A DNA stretch of 64,000 bases, taken from assembly GCA_045598785.1 (NCBI GenBank), contig JAZLMR010000035.1, positions 2,091 through 66,090 on the forward strand. Reading direction: 5' to 3'. Of this stretch, positions 61,208 through 64,000 are shown piece by piece. The stretch comes from Kiritimatiellia bacterium (GTDB taxonomy: Bacteria > Verrucomicrobiota > Kiritimatiellia > RFP12 > UBA1067). A program made the translations under genes and the position numbers. The stretch's first letter is position 1. The number at the start of each line of letters is the position of its first letter. Under the pieces are notes generated by a model. It searched no databases and was not told the DNA's origin. It saw nothing but the letters and a program-made list of their open reading frames with translations.

Positions 61208-64000
61208 TCAGCTTTCCCACGGCTTGGGCTTGGGCGGCTCAAGATAAATCTGGTCCGACGGCCGGAACGCCGTATCCGCCTGCGGCACGATCTTCCCCAG
61301 CCCCGACAGGAATTCGATCGACGCCGCCACCCGATATTCCGGCCCCAGATCCACTTCCACCGCCGTGCCGTCCGGATAGTGCAGCTCCAGCTTGACCGGC
61401 AGCGCGCCGGGATACTTCCGAATCGTCTCCCGAAGCTTCAGGACCTTGGCCTTGAGCTCCGGATCCTCCTGCCGCAGCGAAATGCGCAGGCCCTGCGACA
61501 AGAGCGGCAGCGCCTGCTCCAGCGGATAGGCCTCCCGCACCGTAAAGTTCAGGTCGCCGACCGTCGGCTTCTGCTTCGTCAGCTTGTCGTCCTTCTCGTA
61601 ATTGACGCGATACGACACCTCGCCGCACAGGAGCACCAGCCGGTCTAGGGCGTTTTCGACCTCGTGATACTGCTCCCAGGCGTTGGCAAAGCAAAACGCA
61701 TCGAGCGACGCGCCGTCGTCCAGCTGCAGGATCGCCCACTTCTTGCCCGGCGTGCCGTCCGGCCGCGGGCGGCCGAGCTTGACCGTGCAGCCGGAAAGGA
61801 TGCCGACCATCCGCACGTCCAGATGCTTGAGCGCCCGCTCGTCCTTGAGCTTCGGATTCGACTTCTGCTTCCACTTGTCGACCGGCTGCGACTTCAGGAG
61901 CTCGTCCACTTCCGCCGGCGCGGCGAGCTGCGCCGCCCGGAAAGTCGCCACTTCCGAAATCACCCGCCGGCAGCTCTGCAGCGGATGCCCGGAAATGTAG
62001 ACGCCCAGCAGATCGCGCTCGTTCTTGAGGTCCTCGGCCGGCGCAAACGACGGGAAGTCCACCAGTTCCGCGTCCGACACCCGCTCCTCGCCGCCGTCCA
62101 TCAGATCGAAGAAGCTGGCCTGGGCGCTCGCCTTTTCCTTCGCCCGCTGCTGCGCCTTCTTGAGCGCGTATTCGATGTTGTTGAAAAGCTTCGCCCGATT
62201 CGGCTCCAGCATCGAAAAGGCGCCGGTCCGGGTGAGATTCTCCAGGACGCGCTTGTTGCACGCCTGGGTGCCGGCGAGCCGGATGCAGAAGTCGAGAAAG
62301 CCGGTGTAGGGCCCGTGCTGGCGCCGCTCCTCGACAATCACCTCGCCGGCGTTGCCGACCCCCTTGATGCCGGAAAGCCCGTAGCGGATGCCCTTCGCGT
62401 CCGGCGTCGGCACGAACCGCGCGCCCGACTCGTTCACGTCCGGGAGCTTCAGCTCCAGCCCCATTTCCTGCGCCTCGGCGACAAAGCCCGGGAGCTTGTC
62501 GAAGTTGCCGATTTCCGACGAGATCTGGGCGCACATGAACTCGGCCGGGTAATGGGCCTTCAAATAGCCGGTCTGATAGGCCACCCAGGCGTAGCAGACC
62601 GAATGCGACTTGTTGAACGCATAGGACGCGAACGCCCGCCAGTCGTTCCAGATCTTGTCGATGAGCGCCTTGGCCTTCGCCTCGTCCTTCCACTCGCCGA
62701 CGCGGAACTCCGGGTTCTTGAGACAGCCTTCGTCAAACTTGACCTTCAGCTTCTCCATCACCGCCAGCTGCTTCTTGCCCATCGCCTTGCGAAGCTTGTC
62801 GGAGTCGCCGCGGGTGAAGCCGCCGAGATCGCGCGACAGCAGCATCACCTGTTCCTGGTAGACGGTGATGCCGTAGGTGTCCTTGAGCCGGCTCTCCATC
62901 AGCGGATGGTCGTATTCGACCGGCTTGCGGCCCTGCTTGCGCTCGATGAACTCGGGAATGTACGCCATCGGCCCCGGCCGGTACAGCGCGTTCATGGCGA
63001 CGAGGTCGGTCAGCTTCTCCGGCTGCAGCGCCATCAGGTGCTTCTTCATCCCGTCGGATTCGAACTGAAAAAGGCCCGTCGTCTCGCCGCGGCCGAAAAG
63101 CGCATAAGTCTCCTGGTCGTCGTCGGGAATCTTGTCGGGGTCAAGGCAACCGTCGGCGCCGCGCAGGAATTCGGGGACCCGCGGATTGTTCGGCCCCAGA
63201 ATCGCGACGCATTCCTTTTCGACGGTCAGCGTCTTGAGCCCGAGGAAGTCCATCTTCAAAAGCCCGACCGGCTCCACAAAATGCCCGTCATACTGCGTTG
63301 TCAAGAGCGACTCGCCCTCGGTCGGCATCACCGGCAGCGTCTCGATGAGCGGATCGCGCGAAATGATGACGCCGCAGGCATGCACGCCCGGCTGGCGCAT
63401 GCCGCCCTCCAGCCGCCGCGCGCGCTCCATCAGCAGGTGCACAACCGGATTCTCGGAATTGAACGCCTCCACCAGCCCCGCCGAATAATCGCCATTGGGA
63501 TTGCCGTTCTTGTCGAGGGGACTGGTCGCCTTCTTGAAGGTGATCTTCGGCGTTTCCGGCACCAGCGCCACCAGCTTGTTCGTCTCCGGCAGCGGATAGG
63601 ACATCGCGCGGGCGACGTCCTTGATCACCGACTTGGCCGCCATCTGCCCGAAGGTGACGATGTGCGCGACATGGTCCTGCCCGTATTTCTGCGTCACGAA
63701 CTCCAGCACCCGCCCGCGGCCGTTGTCGTCGAAGTCAACGTCGATATCGGGCATGGAGATGCGGTCGGGGATCGGGAACCGTACGAGCAGCAGTTCGTAC
63801 TTGAGCGGATCGCGGTTGGTGATGCCGAGCGCGTAGGCGACGGCCGCGCCGGCCGCCGAACCGCGCCCCGGCCCGACCCACACGCCCATCCGCCGCGCAT
63901 TGGCGATGTAGTCGTTGACGATGAGGAAGTAGCCGGGAAAGCCCATCGTCTTGATGACATTGAGCTCGAAGTCGATTCGCTCCTTGATTTCCGGCGCGAC
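61208..64000 (-). CDS. dnaE: DNA polymerase III alpha subunit (partial; N-terminus beyond window end)
   Basis: The frame stays open upstream of the track start: 63947-64000 translates ...VAPEIKERIDFELNVIKTMGFPGYFLIVNDYI. Conserved Pol IIIα core and a C-terminal OB domain. The stop is comp(61208..61210). Confidence 0.9.
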   Translation of the reverse strand, partial: VAPEIKERIDFELNVIKTMGFPGYFLIVNDYIANARRMGVWVGPGRGSAAGAAVAYALGITNRDPLKYELLLVRFPIPDRISMPDIDVDFDDNGRGRVLEFVTQKYGQDHVAHIVTFGQMAAKSVIKDVARAMSYPLPETNKLVALVPETPKITFKKATSPLDKNGNPNGDYSAGLVEAFNSENPVVHLLMERARRLEGGMRQPGVHACGVIISRDPLIETLPVMPTEGESLLTTQYDGHFVEPVGLLKMDFLGLKTLTVEKECVAILGPNNPRVPEFLRGADGCLDPDKIPDDDQETYALFGRGETTGLFQFESDGMKKHLMALQPEKLTDLVAMNALYRPGPMAYIPEFIERKQGRKPVEYDHPLMESRLKDTYGITVYQEQVMLLSRDLGGFTRGDSDKLRKAMGKKQLAVMEKLKVKFDEGCLKNPEFRVGEWKDEAKAKALIDKIWNDWRAFASYAFNKSHSVCYAWVAYQTGYLKAHYPAEFMCAQISSEIGNFDKLPGFVAEAQEMGLELKLPDVNESGARFVPTPDAKGIRYGLSGIKGVGNAGEVIVEERRQHGPYTGFLDFCIRLAGTQACNKRVLENLTRTGAFSMLEPNRAKLFNNIEYALKKAQQRAKEKASAQASFFDLMDGGEERVSDAELVDFPSFAPAEDLKNERDLLGVYISGHPLQSCRRVISEVATFRAAQLAAPAEVDELLKSQPVDKWKQKSNPKLKDERALKHLDVRMVGILSGCTVKLGRPRPDGTPGKKWAILQLDDGASLDAFCFANAWEQYHEVENALDRLVLLCGEVSYRVNYEKDDKLTKQKPTVGDLNFTVREAYPLEQALPLLSQGLRISLRQEDPELKAKVLKLRETIRKYPGALPVKLELHYPDGTAVEVDLGPEYRVAASIEFLSGLGKIVPQADTAFRPSDQIYLEPPKPKPWES

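Noticed and set aside
1-64000. Mobile elements, prophage, tRNA/rRNA genes
   Set aside because: I found no transposase or integrase-like ORFs, terminal inverted repeats, tRNA-like cloverleaf candidates in the short gaps, or rRNA-like stretches. The window is contiguous housekeeping and surface-protein coding sequence.

Overview
This 64-kb window is high-GC and almost entirely coding. All 33 genes I can support lie on the minus strand, packed with short gaps or overlaps including several ATGA start/stop overlaps. The long plus-strand ORFs are antisense artefacts of the high GC content. Reading the minus strand from high to low coordinate: dnaE (partial, runs off the window end), a DUF4838-like secreted protein, two small glycosyltransferase-like genes, three tandem giant secreted proteins (936, 2874 and 4225 aa; about 24 kb, or 38% of the window) with a 126-aa lipoprotein between the last two, ackA, pta, kdsD, a five-gene pilus-like cluster (secretin, TSP3/zinc-ribbon membrane protein, a protein that from memory resembles Akkermansia Amuc_1100, a PilM-PilN fusion, and a small secreted protein), coaE, rho, uvrA, a coiled-coil membrane protein, a tiny lipoprotein, an RluA-family pseudouridine synthase, aspartate kinase, mreBCD-mrdA-rodA, rng, lptD, lpxK, an acyl-CoA synthetase, and a partial beta-lactamase-fold hydrolase that runs off the window start. 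Gene content (Amuc_1098-1102-like synteny, giant LamG/thrombospondin-type-3-repeat (TSP3) proteins, DUF4838) suggests a high-GC member of the Verrucomicrobiota/PVC group; that is inference only. I found no tRNA, rRNA, CRISPR array, transposase or integrase. Non-coding signals are sparse but distinctive: several E. coli-like sigma70 promoters with extended -10 (TGnTATAAT), two of which predict leaderless mRNAs, a 12-bp-stem inverted repeat between lpxK and the synthetase, an inverted pair of tandem heptamer arrays between ackA and pta, and a triple CCCGGCAC direct repeat ahead of the PilM/N gene. Apparent ~62% GC is an eyeball estimate, not computed. ORF-track start codons may be GTG/TTG printed as M; the secretin start is GTG by my reading.
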